Source: Synechococcus sp.
Lineage (GTDB): Bacteria > Cyanobacteriota > Cyanobacteriia > PCC-6307 > Cyanobiaceae
Assembly (NCBI GenBank): GCA_047285305.1
Contig: JBJBDL010000003.1
Coordinates: 736,001-800,000 of the forward strand
DNA: 64,000 nt
Direction of reading: 5' to 3'
The translations under genes were made by a program, and so were the position numbers. Positions within the stretch are counted from its first letter, which is position 1, and each line of letters starts with the position of its first letter. Under the pieces are notes generated by a model that saw only the letters and a program-made list of their open reading frames with translations, ran no database searches and had not been told where the DNA came from. Shown here one piece after another: positions 45,340 to 55,450 of the stretch.

Positions 45340-45447
45340 GCGAGCTACAGCATCCACTGCTGGCGATCGTAGAAGTGCTGGGTCTTGCCCCCTTCAGCTG
45401 CTGTTGCAGCGATTACATGCCGTAATACTTCTTCTAAGTAATTCTGC

Positions 45448-46041
45448 TTACCAGCCGAAGGGGGCGAGGGCGGCTCCGTTCGAAGTCATCGCTGGGCTGG
45501 TTTGACCAACATCGTCCAGTTGCCTGGTCTCGATGCAGAAGGAGGCGTTGTTGGAGAGCCCCTGCACCGTGCTGGTGCGCAGCCGCACGTTCTCGCTGGC
45601 GAACCAGAAGCGCTCCAGGGAGCTCATCATTTCGTAATCCGTCGTGAGGATTAGGCCGTTTTCGTCGTCCATACGGAACTGTCCCGCGACTGGCGCTTTT
45701 TCGGCGTAACCGCGATCCCGCAGCAGCAGTCCCCGTCGCCCCGTTTCGTCTTCTGGGATCAGTCCGAACATGGTCTGGTCTTCATGGGATTCACCGGCCC
45801 GATCCCAGGCCATCGATCCGCTCCAGCGCACCCAGCAACCACCCACGATCTGCTCAACGCTGGCGTTGTTGCGCTCGGCGATCTCCGCCAGGCGTTCGTC
45901 GCCCTTCAGCAGCTCCTCCACCACGATGAAGGAGGCGCCGGCTTCGGCGCGGCGATGCAGCAGGTGGTGTTGGCTGCGCTGTGAGGTCCAGCGGCCACAG
46001 CTCAGGCGGAAGAAGCTGAGGGCGTCCGATATCTCAAGCAT
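45448..46041 (-). CDS. CpcS/CpeS-family phycobiliprotein lyase
   Basis: FF..S.GRW.SQR..HHL, LLRDRGYAE, ERFWF...N.R.R. Confidence 0.88.
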   Translation of the reverse strand: MLEISDALSFFRLSCGRWTSQRSQHHLLHRRAEAGASFIVVEELLKGDERLAEIAERNNASVEQIVGGCWVRWSGSMAWDRAGESHEDQTMFGLIPEDETGRRGLLLRDRGYAEKAPVAGQFRMDDENGLILTTDYEMMSSLERFWFASENVRLRTSTVQGLSNNASFCIETRQLDDVGQTSPAMTSNGAALAPFGW

Positions 46042-46085
46042 CGCCGACGTTGAGCAAGTGGATCGATGATGGCAGCCCGACTAAG

Positions 46086-46433
46086 TCAGCCACGACAGTC
46101 ACGGCAGCGGGCTTCGGCGGCGCTGATCAGATCATCGAGGGTCAGCGCTAATGGAGGCTTGCCCAGTTCAAGTGCCAGTCGATCCAGCTGATCGGCGGCA
46201 GAGTTGAGCTGCAGCAGCAAGGTGTCGAGGAATGCCGGGTCTTCAGCCACCACCGGTTGCTTCCGGCACCAGTGGCGTCGTTGGTCTTCGTCGGGGATCG
46301 CGCCAGTGCTCCCTGGAGCAGTCATGGCTTGAAAGCTGTCAAGGCAGTGGCTCAGTACCCGCAGGTGATGACGATCCAGCTGGGGCAGCAGGGTCGAGTC
46401 GATGCGTTCAATCGTGGCTCGGTCGATGGCCAT
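46086..46433 (-). CDS. Conserved hypothetical protein
   Basis: LDRHHLRVL.HCL motif; ATG overlaps the sufR stop. Confidence 0.7.
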   Translation of the reverse strand: MAIDRATIERIDSTLLPQLDRHHLRVLSHCLDSFQAMTAPGSTGAIPDEDQRRHWCRKQPVVAEDPAFLDTLLLQLNSAADQLDRLALELGKPPLALTLDDLISAAEARCRDCRG

Positions 46434-47077
46434 CAGTCCTGCGCTAACGGAGTGATGCGGAAGCCGCAGGCGTGGCCTCCCTCGAGCCGCCAATGCACCC
46501 GTTCCACCCGGCAGTCCGGCACGGTGCGCCGGATCAGCAGCAATTCCTGGTCGCAGACCGCGGGAAATTCTTCGGCAATGCGTTGCACAGAACAGTGGGC
46601 CTCTTCAAGCCGCCAGCTGATGCCGTCGTCGTCCCGGCTGCAGACGGTCACATAGCCCTCGTCGCGCCGCAGCCGTGCCAGTTGTTCGAGGCGAGCCTCC
46701 AGGGAGGCTTCGCCGAGGCTTTGCCGGTACTGGCTGGCCTTTGACTCCGCCTGTTGATTCAGCAGCTGGCGCACGGTCGCTTCGGGGAGATGGCTGCGCA
46801 TCGAATCCAGCAGGCCAAGGGCGAAGCGGCCGCTGCCATCAGGGAACTGGGCTCGTCCTTCGTCGGTGAGGCACCAGCGGTTGCTGGGACGCCCCGGGCC
46901 GCTGGCATTGCTGCTGGAGCAGACAAAGCCGCTGTCGGCGAGGGAGCGCAGGTGCCGCCGCATGGCCTGAACGGAAATGCCCACGGCATCGGCAAGGGTG
47001 CCAGCGTCTTCTTCCCCGCGCTCCAGCAGCAGGGAGAGCACGGCGTCGCGGGTGCTGGCGGGGGCCGAGGCGCTCAT
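46433..47077 (-). CDS. sufR: Fe-S cluster biogenesis regulator SufR
   Basis: N-terminal HTH, GPGRP, EAHC...CDQE...C; divergent from the suf operon. Confidence 0.9.
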   Translation of the reverse strand: MSASAPASTRDAVLSLLLERGEEDAGTLADAVGISVQAMRRHLRSLADSGFVCSSSNASGPGRPSNRWCLTDEGRAQFPDGSGRFALGLLDSMRSHLPEATVRQLLNQQAESKASQYRQSLGEASLEARLEQLARLRRDEGYVTVCSRDDDGISWRLEEAHCSVQRIAEEFPAVCDQELLLIRRTVPDCRVERVHWRLEGGHACGFRITPLAQD

Positions 47078-47194
47078 GAGGAGGCGAAACCTCCCCACAC
47101 GATGCCACCGAATTGCCTCGGCATGTCGGCCGTGTTGAGGGTCACAATGGGGAGCCCGCTGACCTGAAGCCTGTTGGCCTAGGCTTCCAGTAAG

Positions 47195-47210
47195 GAAACC
47201 GCGGGGTTTC
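47195..47210. promoter_or_regulatory. Putative SufR operator
   Basis: GAAAC-N6-GTTTC inverted repeat in the sufR/ftrC-sufB spacer, similar in geometry to the cyanobacterial CAAC-N6-GTTG site. Confidence 0.5.
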
Positions 47211-47235
47211 GTAATTCGCCGCTCCCTCCACCTCA

Positions 47236-47592
47236 ATGTCCGACGCCCCTCAAGAGCCGACAGCAGAAAGCCTGGAGGTCATCCGCAAGTTCGCTGAAAC
47301 TTACGCGCAGCGCACCGGCACTTATTTCTGTTCCGACCCCAGTGTCACCGCTGTTGTTCTGAAGGGTCTGGCACGTCACAAGGACGATCTGGGGGGAGCG
47401 CTGTGCCCCTGCCGCCACTACGAAGACAAAGAAGCCGAGGTCTCACAGGCCTTCTGGAACTGTCCCTGTGTTCCGATGCGCGAGCGTAAGGAATGCCACT
47501 GCATGCTCTTCCTCACTGAAGACAACCCCTTCGCTTGCCCTCAGAAGACGCAGACCATCACTACCGAAACGATCAACGCCACCGCCGGCTGA
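47236..47592 (+). CDS. ftrC: Ferredoxin-thioredoxin reductase catalytic subunit
   Basis: CPC, CPC and CHC motifs. Confidence 0.95.
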   Translation: MSDAPQEPTAESLEVIRKFAETYAQRTGTYFCSDPSVTAVVLKGLARHKDDLGGALCPCRHYEDKEAEVSQAFWNCPCVPMRERKECHCMLFLTEDNPFACPQKTQTITTETINATAG

Positions 47593-47597
47593 GCTGA

Positions 47598-49037
47598 ATG
47601 ACCAGTACCTCCACACGGGATCTCGTCAGCCAGCCGTACAAGTACGGCTTCGTCACTGAGATCGAGACCGACAAGATCGCCAAGGGTCTCAGTGAAGAGG
47701 TCGTTCGCCTGATCTCGGCCAAGAAGGAGGAGCCTGACTTCCTTCTGCAGTTCAGGCTCAAGGCGTTTCGCCACTGGCTCACCCTCGAGGAGCCCGACTG
47801 GGCTGCCCTGGGTCATCCAGAGATCGATTACCAAGACATCGTTTATTACGCGGCTCCCAAGCAGCAGGAGAAGAAGGCCAGTCTCGACGAGGTGGATCCG
47901 AAGCTGCTGGAAACCTTCGATAAGCTCGGCATTCCGCTGAGCGAGCAGAAGCGCCTTAGCAACGTGGCGGTTGACGCTGTATTCGACAGCGTTTCGATTG
48001 CCACCACCTACAAGGAAAAGCTGGCGGAACACGGGGTGGTGTTCTGCTCCTTTAGTGAGGCGGTCAAGGAGCATCCCGAGCTGATCGAGCGCTACCTCGG
48101 CACGGTTGTCTCCAGCAACGACAACTATTTTGCCGCCCTGAACTCAGCTGTGTTCAGCGACGGATCCTTCGTCTTTATTCCGAAGGGTGTTGAGTGCCCG
48201 ATGGAACTCTCCACGTACTTCCGGATTAATTCCGGCGACACCGGACAGTTCGAGCGCACCTTGATCGTGGCCGAAGAGGGTGCCTCGGTCAGTTATCTCG
48301 AGGGCTGCACGGCACCGATGTTCGACACCAACCAGCTGCATGCGGCGGTGGTGGAGCTCGTGGCCCTCGACGACGCTTCAATCAAATATTCCACGGTTCA
48401 GAACTGGTACGCCGGTGATGAAAACGGCGTCGGCGGGATTTACAACTTCGTGACCAAACGAGGCCAGTGCCGCGGTGATCGCAGCCGCATCAGCTGGACT
48501 CAGGTGGAGACCGGTTCAGCCATCACCTGGAAATACCCCAGTTGCGTGCTGCAGGGTGCTGATTCGGTGGGTGAGTTCTATTCCGTAGCCCTCACCAACA
48601 ACTGCCAGCAGGCCGACACCGGCACCAAAATGATCCATGTCGGACCGCGCACTCGCTCCACGATTGTGAGCAAGGGCATCAGTGCAGGCCGCTCCAGCAA
48701 CAGCTACCGCGGTCTTGTGCAGATGGGGCCCAATGCCAAGGGCGCCCGCAACTACAGCCAGTGCGATTCGATGCTGATCGGCGATCAAGCCGCTGCGAAC
48801 ACTTATCCCTACATCCGTTCGCAGCAGCCGCAGGCGGCCATCGAGCACGAGGCCAGCACCTGTCGCATCTCCGAAGACCAGCTCTTCTACCTGCAGAGCC
48901 GTGGCATTGGGTTTGAAGAGGCCGTCTCGATGATGGTCAGCGGCTTCTGCCGCGACGTCTTCAATCAGCTGCCGATGGAGTTTGCCGCTGAGGCCGACAA
49001 ATTGTTAGCCCTCAAACTTGAGGGGTCCGTGGGCTGA
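47598..49037 (+). CDS. sufB: Fe-S cluster assembly protein SufB
   Basis: [34 protein letters not shown]. Confidence 0.97.
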   Translation: MTSTSTRDLVSQPYKYGFVTEIETDKIAKGLSEEVVRLISAKKEEPDFLLQFRLKAFRHWLTLEEPDWAALGHPEIDYQDIVYYAAPKQQEKKASLDEVDPKLLETFDKLGIPLSEQKRLSNVAVDAVFDSVSIATTYKEKLAEHGVVFCSFSEAVKEHPELIERYLGTVVSSNDNYFAALNSAVFSDGSFVFIPKGVECPMELSTYFRINSGDTGQFERTLIVAEEGASVSYLEGCTAPMFDTNQLHAAVVELVALDDASIKYSTVQNWYAGDENGVGGIYNFVTKRGQCRGDRSRISWTQVETGSAITWKYPSCVLQGADSVGEFYSVALTNNCQQADTGTKMIHVGPRTRSTIVSKGISAGRSSNSYRGLVQMGPNAKGARNYSQCDSMLIGDQAAANTYPYIRSQQPQAAIEHEASTCRISEDQLFYLQSRGIGFEEAVSMMVSGFCRDVFNQLPMEFAAEADKLLALKLEGSVG

Positions 49038-49079
49038 TCCCCTCCCCCACCTTGTCTCTGTTTTTTAACGACGCCTTCC

Positions 49080-49868
49080 GTGATTCGCCCTGACGCTGAG
49101 CTGCTGCTCGACATCCAAGACCTGCATGCCTCTGTCGAGGACAAGCCCATCCTCATGGGTGTGAATCTTCAGGTGAGGGCTGGTGAAGTCCATGCCGTGA
49201 TGGGTCGAAATGGCAGTGGAAAGAGCACGCTTTCCAAGGTTTTGGCCGGGCATCCGGCCTACCGGGTCACGGGAGGCACCGTTCGTTATCGCGGCCAGGA
49301 TCTGTTTGAGCTGGAGCCTGAAGAGCGGGCCCGTCTGGGGGTGTTCCTCGGATTTCAGTACCCCGTTGAAATCCCTGGTGTCAGCAACCTGGAATTCCTG
49401 CGGGTTTCCACCAATGCCCGGCGGGAAAAACAGGGGGAAGAGGAGCTCGACACCTTTGCCTTCGAGGATCATGTGCACGACAAGCTCAAGGTGGTGCAGA
49501 TGGACCCCGCCTTCCTTGAGCGCAGCGTGAATGAAGGCTTCTCCGGGGGCGAGAAAAAGCGCAACGAGATTCTCCAGATGGCGCTGTTGGAGCCCGTGGT
49601 GGCGATCCTGGATGAAACCGATTCCGGCCTGGATATAGATGCCCTGCGCATCGTGGCCGGTGGTGTAAACCAGCTGGCGACGGAAGACAACGCCACGCTG
49701 CTGATCACCCACTATCAACGTCTTCTCGACGAGATCACCCCGGACTATGTGCATGTGATGGCGGCAGGCCGGATCTTGCGCACCGGAGGCCGGGAGCTGG
49801 CCCTTGAGCTGGAGCGGACTGGATACGACTGGGTGGACCAGGAGCTGGCCGCTCAAGGAGCCGCTTGA
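49080..49868 (+). CDS. sufC: Fe-S cluster assembly ATPase SufC
   Basis: [36 protein letters not shown]. Confidence 0.97.
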   Translation: MIRPDAELLLDIQDLHASVEDKPILMGVNLQVRAGEVHAVMGRNGSGKSTLSKVLAGHPAYRVTGGTVRYRGQDLFELEPEERARLGVFLGFQYPVEIPGVSNLEFLRVSTNARREKQGEEELDTFAFEDHVHDKLKVVQMDPAFLERSVNEGFSGGEKKRNEILQMALLEPVVAILDETDSGLDIDALRIVAGGVNQLATEDNATLLITHYQRLLDEITPDYVHVMAAGRILRTGGRELALELERTGYDWVDQELAAQGAA

Positions 49869-49870
49869 CC

Positions 49871-51049
49871 ATGGCGAGCAGTGTGCTGGCGCCAGTGCAG
49901 GAGCGCGGTCGAGCCGCGCTTGAACATCTTGGTCTGCCCAACCATCGCCAGGAGCCCTGGCGCCTTACCGACCTAAAACGGCTCGCGGCTGTCTCGGAAT
50001 TGTCGGCCAGTGCCTCGCCACTGTCCATGTCTCTGCCGGCCAGCCTGGACGGGGTGACCCGTCTGGTGCTCAATGGTTTTGATGATCCCCTGGTTGGCCA
50101 GGTGCTTCCGGAAGGAATCACGGCGCTGAATGCTGAAGAGCTGGAGCAGGCCCTCGGTCACACCCTCGATCGCTGCGGTTGTGCCCAGGTCTGGCCCGTG
50201 GAGTTCAACCATGCCAAAGCCCAGCAGATCCTGGCCCTCAGGGTGCGGGGACGGGTTGGCCCGTTGGAGCTGGTGCTGGCGGCGGGTGCGGGGTTGAACG
50301 CTACGCGGGTGCTGCTGCTGTTGGAGGAAAAAGCTGAGCTTGAGTTGATGCAGGTGCTGCTTGCTGAGGGGGCGTCGGCCCACAGCCATGTGCTGGAAGT
50401 GCATCTGGGGCAGGAGGCCCATCTGCTCCATGGCGTGCTGGCGACGGCGGATGGTGTGTCATCGCTGATGGCCCATTTCGCTGTCGAGCAGGAGCCCCGC
50501 AGCTCCTATGCCCTCACTTCGGTGGTTCAGGGCTGGAACCTGGGACGGGTGGAGCCCCGGGTGGTGCAGGTGGATGGCCAGGCAGAGACCGTGCTCAAAG
50601 GTCTGGCCGTCACCGGCGCCGAGCAGCAGCTGGCCACCCACACCGCGGTGCGCTTCGACGGGCCGGAGGGGGAGCTGGATCAGTTGCAGAAATGCCTGGC
50701 TGGCGGCCAGTCCCACGCGATTTTTAATGGCGCCATCAGTGTTCCCCGCGATGCTCAGCGCACCAACGCCGCCCAGTTGAGCCGCAACCTGTTGCTGTCT
50801 GATCGTGCCCGGGTGGACACCAAGCCCGAGCTTGAGATCGTGGCGGACGATGTGCGCTGCGCTCATGGCGCCACCGTGTCGCAGCTTCAGGACGATGAGC
50901 TGTTCTATCTCCAGAGCCGGGGCATCGCTGCGGCGGATGCAACGGCGTTGCTGCTGCGCGGCGCCTGCCAGGAGGTGATCGCCCAGCTTCCTGCTGCTGC
51001 GCAGGCTTGGCGCCCCCTGGAGCGCGTGATGGAGAGCCTCGCCCCATGA
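49871..51049 (+). CDS. sufD: Fe-S cluster assembly protein SufD
   Basis: [26 protein letters not shown]. Confidence 0.93.
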   Translation: MASSVLAPVQERGRAALEHLGLPNHRQEPWRLTDLKRLAAVSELSASASPLSMSLPASLDGVTRLVLNGFDDPLVGQVLPEGITALNAEELEQALGHTLDRCGCAQVWPVEFNHAKAQQILALRVRGRVGPLELVLAAGAGLNATRVLLLLEEKAELELMQVLLAEGASAHSHVLEVHLGQEAHLLHGVLATADGVSSLMAHFAVEQEPRSSYALTSVVQGWNLGRVEPRVVQVDGQAETVLKGLAVTGAEQQLATHTAVRFDGPEGELDQLQKCLAGGQSHAIFNGAISVPRDAQRTNAAQLSRNLLLSDRARVDTKPELEIVADDVRCAHGATVSQLQDDELFYLQSRGIAAADATALLLRGACQEVIAQLPAAAQAWRPLERVMESLAP

Positions 51050-52326
51050 CAATCACTGCCGAAGCACGATCTAGTGCTGATTTCGTGGATTTATCGTCTC
51101 GATATCGTGCCGATTTTCCGATTCTCGAGCGTCTAGCTCCAGATGGTCGGCCGCTGATTTATCTCGATCACGCTGCCACCAGCCAGAAGCCCCGTCAGGT
51201 GCTCGAGGCGCTGCAGCATTACTACAGCTGCGACAACGCCAACGTTCATCGCGGTGCGCACCAGCTCAGTGCCCGCGCCACCGATGCCTTTGAGGCGGCC
51301 CGCAGCACGACGGCGGCCTTCGTGGGCGCTGCCAGTTCCCGCGAGATTGTCTTCACTCGCAATGCCAGCGAAGCCATCAATCTTGTGGCGCGCACCTGGG
51401 GTGACGCCACCCTCAAGCAGGGGGACGAAATTCTCCTCACGGTGATGGAGCACCACAGCAACCTGGTGCCCTGGCAGCTGCTGGCTCAGCGCACCGGCTG
51501 TGTGCTGCGCCATGTGGGCATCACCGAATCCGGTGAGCTGGATCTGGAGGATTTCCAGGCCCAGCTCAACGAGCGCACCCGGTTGGTGAGCCTGGTGCAC
51601 ATCAGCAATTCCCTCGGTTGCTGCAATCCCCTGGATCAGGTCATCCCCGCAGCCCATGCCGTTGGCGCCTGCGTGCTCGTGGATGCTTGTCAGAGCCTGG
51701 CCCACAAGCCGATTGATGTGGCGGCGATAGATGCCGATTTTCTTGTCGGTTCCTCCCACAAGCTCTGCGGCCCCACCGGCATGGGTTTCCTCTGGGCTAG
51801 GGAGTCGCTGCTGGAGTCGATGCCTCCCTTTTTGGGCGGCGGGGAGATGATTCAGGACGTTTTCCTGGACCACAGCACCTGGGCGGTGTTGCCACATAAG
51901 TTCGAAGCGGGCACCCCTGCCATTGGCGAGGCGGTGGGCATGGGGGCCGCGATTCGCTACCTACAGGCGGTGGGTCTGGAGGCGATTCAGGCCTGGGAAG
52001 CTCAGCTCACCCGTCATCTGTTCACCCGGTTGCAGGCCATTGATGGTGTGAGGGTTTTGGGCCCGACGCCTGATCAGCAGCCCGAGAGAGGTGCCCTCGC
52101 CACATTCCTTGTGGATGGCGTGCATGCCAACGACATTGCCGCTTTGATCGATGCGTCCGGGATCTGCATCCGCAGCGGTCACCACTGCTGTCAGCCCCTG
52201 CACCGTATTTATGACGTGACGGCTTCAGCGCGGGCCAGCCTGAGCTTCACCAGCACCTTTGAAGAGATCGACCGCTTCAGCGAGGAGCTTGCTTCCACGG
52301 TCGCCTTCCTGCGCGAGCACAGCTGA
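51046..52326 (+). CDS. sufS: Cysteine desulfurase SufS
   Basis: YLDHAATSQKP, EHHSN, SSHK, RSGHHC. Confidence 0.96.
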   Translation: MTITAEARSSADFVDLSSRYRADFPILERLAPDGRPLIYLDHAATSQKPRQVLEALQHYYSCDNANVHRGAHQLSARATDAFEAARSTTAAFVGAASSREIVFTRNASEAINLVARTWGDATLKQGDEILLTVMEHHSNLVPWQLLAQRTGCVLRHVGITESGELDLEDFQAQLNERTRLVSLVHISNSLGCCNPLDQVIPAAHAVGACVLVDACQSLAHKPIDVAAIDADFLVGSSHKLCGPTGMGFLWARESLLESMPPFLGGGEMIQDVFLDHSTWAVLPHKFEAGTPAIGEAVGMGAAIRYLQAVGLEAIQAWEAQLTRHLFTRLQAIDGVRVLGPTPDQQPERGALATFLVDGVHANDIAALIDASGICIRSGHHCCQPLHRIYDVTASARASLSFTSTFEEIDRFSEELASTVAFLREHS

Positions 52327-52332
52327 GCTGGC

Positions 52333-52506
52333 TCAGGCCGTCAGCTGATCGTTGCTTGCTGCGGCCTCGCGTTGCCGCAGGGGAACAACTTTGTTGGCCT
52401 CGATCGCGTACTTCACCCAGCGGTAGGAGCGTGCGCCCGGGCGGGGAGCCGCGTTGATCGGTTCAGGGCTGGCATAGCTGTTGCCGCGATAACGCAGGAT
52501 CCGCAT
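52333..52506 (-). CDS. 57-aa DUF4278-like small protein (absent from ORF track)
   Basis: Manual translation MRILRYRGNSYASPEPINAAPRPGARSYRWVKYAIEANKVVPLRQREAAASNDQLTA with a repeated YRG..Y / YRW.KY motif. Confidence 0.6.
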   Translation of the reverse strand: MRILRYRGNSYASPEPINAAPRPGARSYRWVKYAIEANKVVPLRQREAAASNDQLTA

Positions 52507-52606
52507 CAATGTGTTGGAACTAAGGGCATCTTTTCAGGCTTACGGTTTCTTCATGGGTTCCGTGGAGCACAGGTTGATGGTTCCTAGTGGTTGCTCGCTC
52601 AACCGA

Positions 52607-54544
52607 TCACATCTGCTGAACGGGGTTGTGTGCTTTGTAACCGTCTGTTAGCCCTAATTCCCGCCTGAAAAAGACTTCGGTTTGCTCGAGAACCTCGATC
52701 TGGGTGGCTTGGTTGCGGAAGCCGTGGCCTTCCTCCTCGAACAGCCGCACCTCCACCGGAATGCCGTTGCTGCGCAGCGCTTCCGCCATGCGTTCGGTTT
52801 GTTCGGGAGGCACCACTTTGTCTTGTAAACCCTGGAAGAACAGCACCGGACAGCGGATTTGATCGGCATGCAGCAGCGGCGACCGCTGCTCGTACAAAGC
52901 ACGCGATGCGGGCCATTCCCCCACCAGGCCATCCACATAGCGCGCTTCAAATCTGTGCGTGTCTTCAGCCATGGCTTTGAGATCACACACCGCATAGCGG
53001 CAGGCGCCGGCCCTGAACACCTCGGTGAAGCACAGCGCTGCCAGGGTGGTAAATCCGCCAGCGCTGCCGCCTTCAATGGCGATCTGGCCGGGATCGGCGC
53101 TACCGGCCTCGATCAGAGCCTGGGCTGCTGCGGCGCAGTCGGCTACATCCACCACGCCCCAGCCCCCGTTGAGGCGCTCCCGGTAGTCCCGGCCGAACCC
53201 TGTTGAGCCGCCGTAGTTCACATCCACCACGCCCCAGCCCCGGGAGGTCCAGTACTGAATTGCCAGGCTGAGGCCACGGCGTGCCATGGCGGTTGGTCCG
53301 CTGTGGCTTTTCACCAGCAGTGGCGCAGGCCCTGGTGGCTTGCCGCTGGGGGGGTAGTACCAGGCATGGGTGCGTTCGCCCTGGTGGCCGTTGAACCACA
53401 GCGGTTCGGCCACGCTGATTGCCTCAACCGGCAAGGGTGCCGCGATGGCGGGGCTGTGGCTCCAGAGCGGTGTGGCCGGTCGAAGGTCGAGTTCCAGCAG
53501 ACCGGCCAGGCTGGTGCTGTTGCTGGCCACGGCCACGGCGCGGCCATTGCAGGCGCTCAATCCCGCCAGGTCATCAAACGGTTGCGGCAACGGCTGCACC
53601 GTTCCATTCAGGCTGAGCCGTTGCAACGACCAGGTCCCGCGGCTGCAGACGGCAGCGATCAGCTGCTCGCCATCCCACGCCGTGGTGCTCATCCCATAGA
53701 TCCACTGGGGCATGGCCGTTTCAGCAGCCATCGGCCAGGGCCTCTCCCAGGCGGCGTTGGCGCTGGGCTGGAGCATCAGGTTCCACCAACCCGTGCTGTC
53801 CTCCGCCACGAGCAACTGTCCATCGGGTAGCCACTGGGGTTGAAACACCGAGACGCCGTCGCTTCCTGCCAGCTGATGGGCCTCGACCAGTTCGCCTCTC
53901 TCGCTGAAATCCGCGCACCAGAGACGGCTGCTGTCCCAGGGCATGGCGGGTTGCTGCCATTCCACCCAGGCGAAACGGAGACCATCGGGGCTCAAGCAGC
54001 CGTAGCCGGCAAAGTCCGTCGGCTGGTGAAGCAGCAGCGGCGTCTGATCCGTTGCGTTCAGCGCCAGGGTCACCAGCTCGTCACGGCCCTCGATTTCACG
54101 GATTCCGATCCAGCGCTGCCTGGGCAGATCGAGAACGCCATCCGCCAGCTCCCAGTCCCCTTCCCGGCTGAGCCGTTGGGCTGCTGCCAGGGGCGAGGGG
54201 TGATGGGTGCTGGTCTGCGGCAGGCGCCAGTCCTGACGCCAGAGGCAGCCGCGTTCGATCCAGGCCAGGATCAGCCTGTCCTGCTCCACAGCAGTGGCGA
54301 GCACCCCGCCGCCGTAGTCATGCACCCGACTGCGCAGGTTGCTGGGGGCCGGCGTCAGCTCCTTTGGTTCTGCCTCGGAATTACCGAAACGCCGGATCAA
54401 AGCAGTGGTGCGGCCGCGCTCCTGGGGGCGCTGTTCCAGCCAGATCAGCCACAGCGTTGCATCGGGACCGCTGACCAGGGCCGGTTCCTTGAGTCCCGGC
54501 AAACGGCCGACGGCATGTTGCGCGGGTAACGGAGCGGCTCCCAT
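52607..54544 (-). CDS. S9 family (prolyl oligopeptidase / acylaminoacyl) peptidase
   Basis: H.GPT, NYGGSTGFG, GGSAGG, D.VVP, EGHGF. Confidence 0.9.
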   Translation of the reverse strand: MGAAPLPAQHAVGRLPGLKEPALVSGPDATLWLIWLEQRPQERGRTTALIRRFGNSEAEPKELTPAPSNLRSRVHDYGGGVLATAVEQDRLILAWIERGCLWRQDWRLPQTSTHHPSPLAAAQRLSREGDWELADGVLDLPRQRWIGIREIEGRDELVTLALNATDQTPLLLHQPTDFAGYGCLSPDGLRFAWVEWQQPAMPWDSSRLWCADFSERGELVEAHQLAGSDGVSVFQPQWLPDGQLLVAEDSTGWWNLMLQPSANAAWERPWPMAAETAMPQWIYGMSTTAWDGEQLIAAVCSRGTWSLQRLSLNGTVQPLPQPFDDLAGLSACNGRAVAVASNSTSLAGLLELDLRPATPLWSHSPAIAAPLPVEAISVAEPLWFNGHQGERTHAWYYPPSGKPPGPAPLLVKSHSGPTAMARRGLSLAIQYWTSRGWGVVDVNYGGSTGFGRDYRERLNGGWGVVDVADCAAAAQALIEAGSADPGQIAIEGGSAGGFTTLAALCFTEVFRAGACRYAVCDLKAMAEDTHRFEARYVDGLVGEWPASRALYEQRSPLLHADQIRCPVLFFQGLQDKVVPPEQTERMAEALRSNGIPVEVRLFEEEGHGFRNQATQIEVLEQTEVFFRRELGLTDGYKAHNPVQQM

Positions 54545-54587
54545 AACGGCTGATTCAGGCCACCTACCATGCTGAATCAACGCGGCG

Positions 54588-55199
54588 TTGGTCTTGGCAG
54601 GAAGCTTTGCAGAGTTGGCCCGTCAGGCCGATAAGTCGCGGGACACGATGCTGGTGCCCAAGACGGCCCTCGAAACACCGCCGCTGGAGATCTACACCCT
54701 GGGCGATGAGGTGTTGCGGCAGCCCGCGCGCCGCATCGGCAAGGTGAATGAGCAGGTGCGGGAGCTGGCACGCGACATGCTGCGCAGCATGTACACCGCC
54801 AAGGGTATTGGCCTGGCGGCTCCTCAGGTGGGGATTCACCAGCAGCTCCTGGTGATTGATCTCGACCTTGAAAATGCAGCCACGCCGCCCCTGGTGTTGA
54901 TCAATCCGGAAATCACGGCGGCCAGCGCCGGGCTCGACACTTACGAAGAGGGCTGTCTCAGCATCCCTGGGGTGTATCTCGATGTGGTACGCCCCACCGC
55001 GATTGAACTGAGCTTCCGCGATGAGATGGGTCGGCCCCGGAAGATGAAGGCCGATGGCCTGATGGCCCGTTGCATTCAGCACGAGATGGACCATCTCAAT
55101 GGCGTGTTGTTCGTCGATCGCGTCACCGATGAAGACGGTCTGCAAAAGGAGCTAAAGGAGAAGGGCTTTGAGCGCCAAGATGTGAGGAGCGTCGCCTGA
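54588..55199 (+). CDS. def: Peptide deformylase
   Basis: GIGLAAPQVG, EGCLS, QHEMDHL. Confidence 0.97.
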   Translation: MVLAGSFAELARQADKSRDTMLVPKTALETPPLEIYTLGDEVLRQPARRIGKVNEQVRELARDMLRSMYTAKGIGLAAPQVGIHQQLLVIDLDLENAATPPLVLINPEITAASAGLDTYEEGCLSIPGVYLDVVRPTAIELSFRDEMGRPRKMKADGLMARCIQHEMDHLNGVLFVDRVTDEDGLQKELKEKGFERQDVRSVA

Positions 55200-55202
55200 G
55201 TT

Positions 55203-55400
55203 ATGCCGATGAAACCCCTGGCCGGCGTCTTCCTGGCCCTTGCCTGTGTTCTGGGTATCGCCAGCACCGGTTGTGTGTTTGAACTGGCCTACGGCGATCC
55301 TGATCTCGGGGTCAAAACCACCAGCTGGATCCTGGCCCTGGCGGCCCCTGGAACCGTGGGGACCCTTCTGTTCGCAATTCGCCTGAACAAACCGGCCTGA
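55203..55400 (+). CDS. Small membrane protein
   Basis: 65 aa with two TM helices and FELAYGDP. Confidence 0.65.
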   Translation: MPMKPLAGVFLALACVLGIASTGCVFELAYGDPDLGVKTTSWILALAAPGTVGTLLFAIRLNKPA

Positions 55401-55450
55401 TCGCGGGCAACCGATTCAGGCATCACTTTTACGATCCGCTCAGTTCCTTC

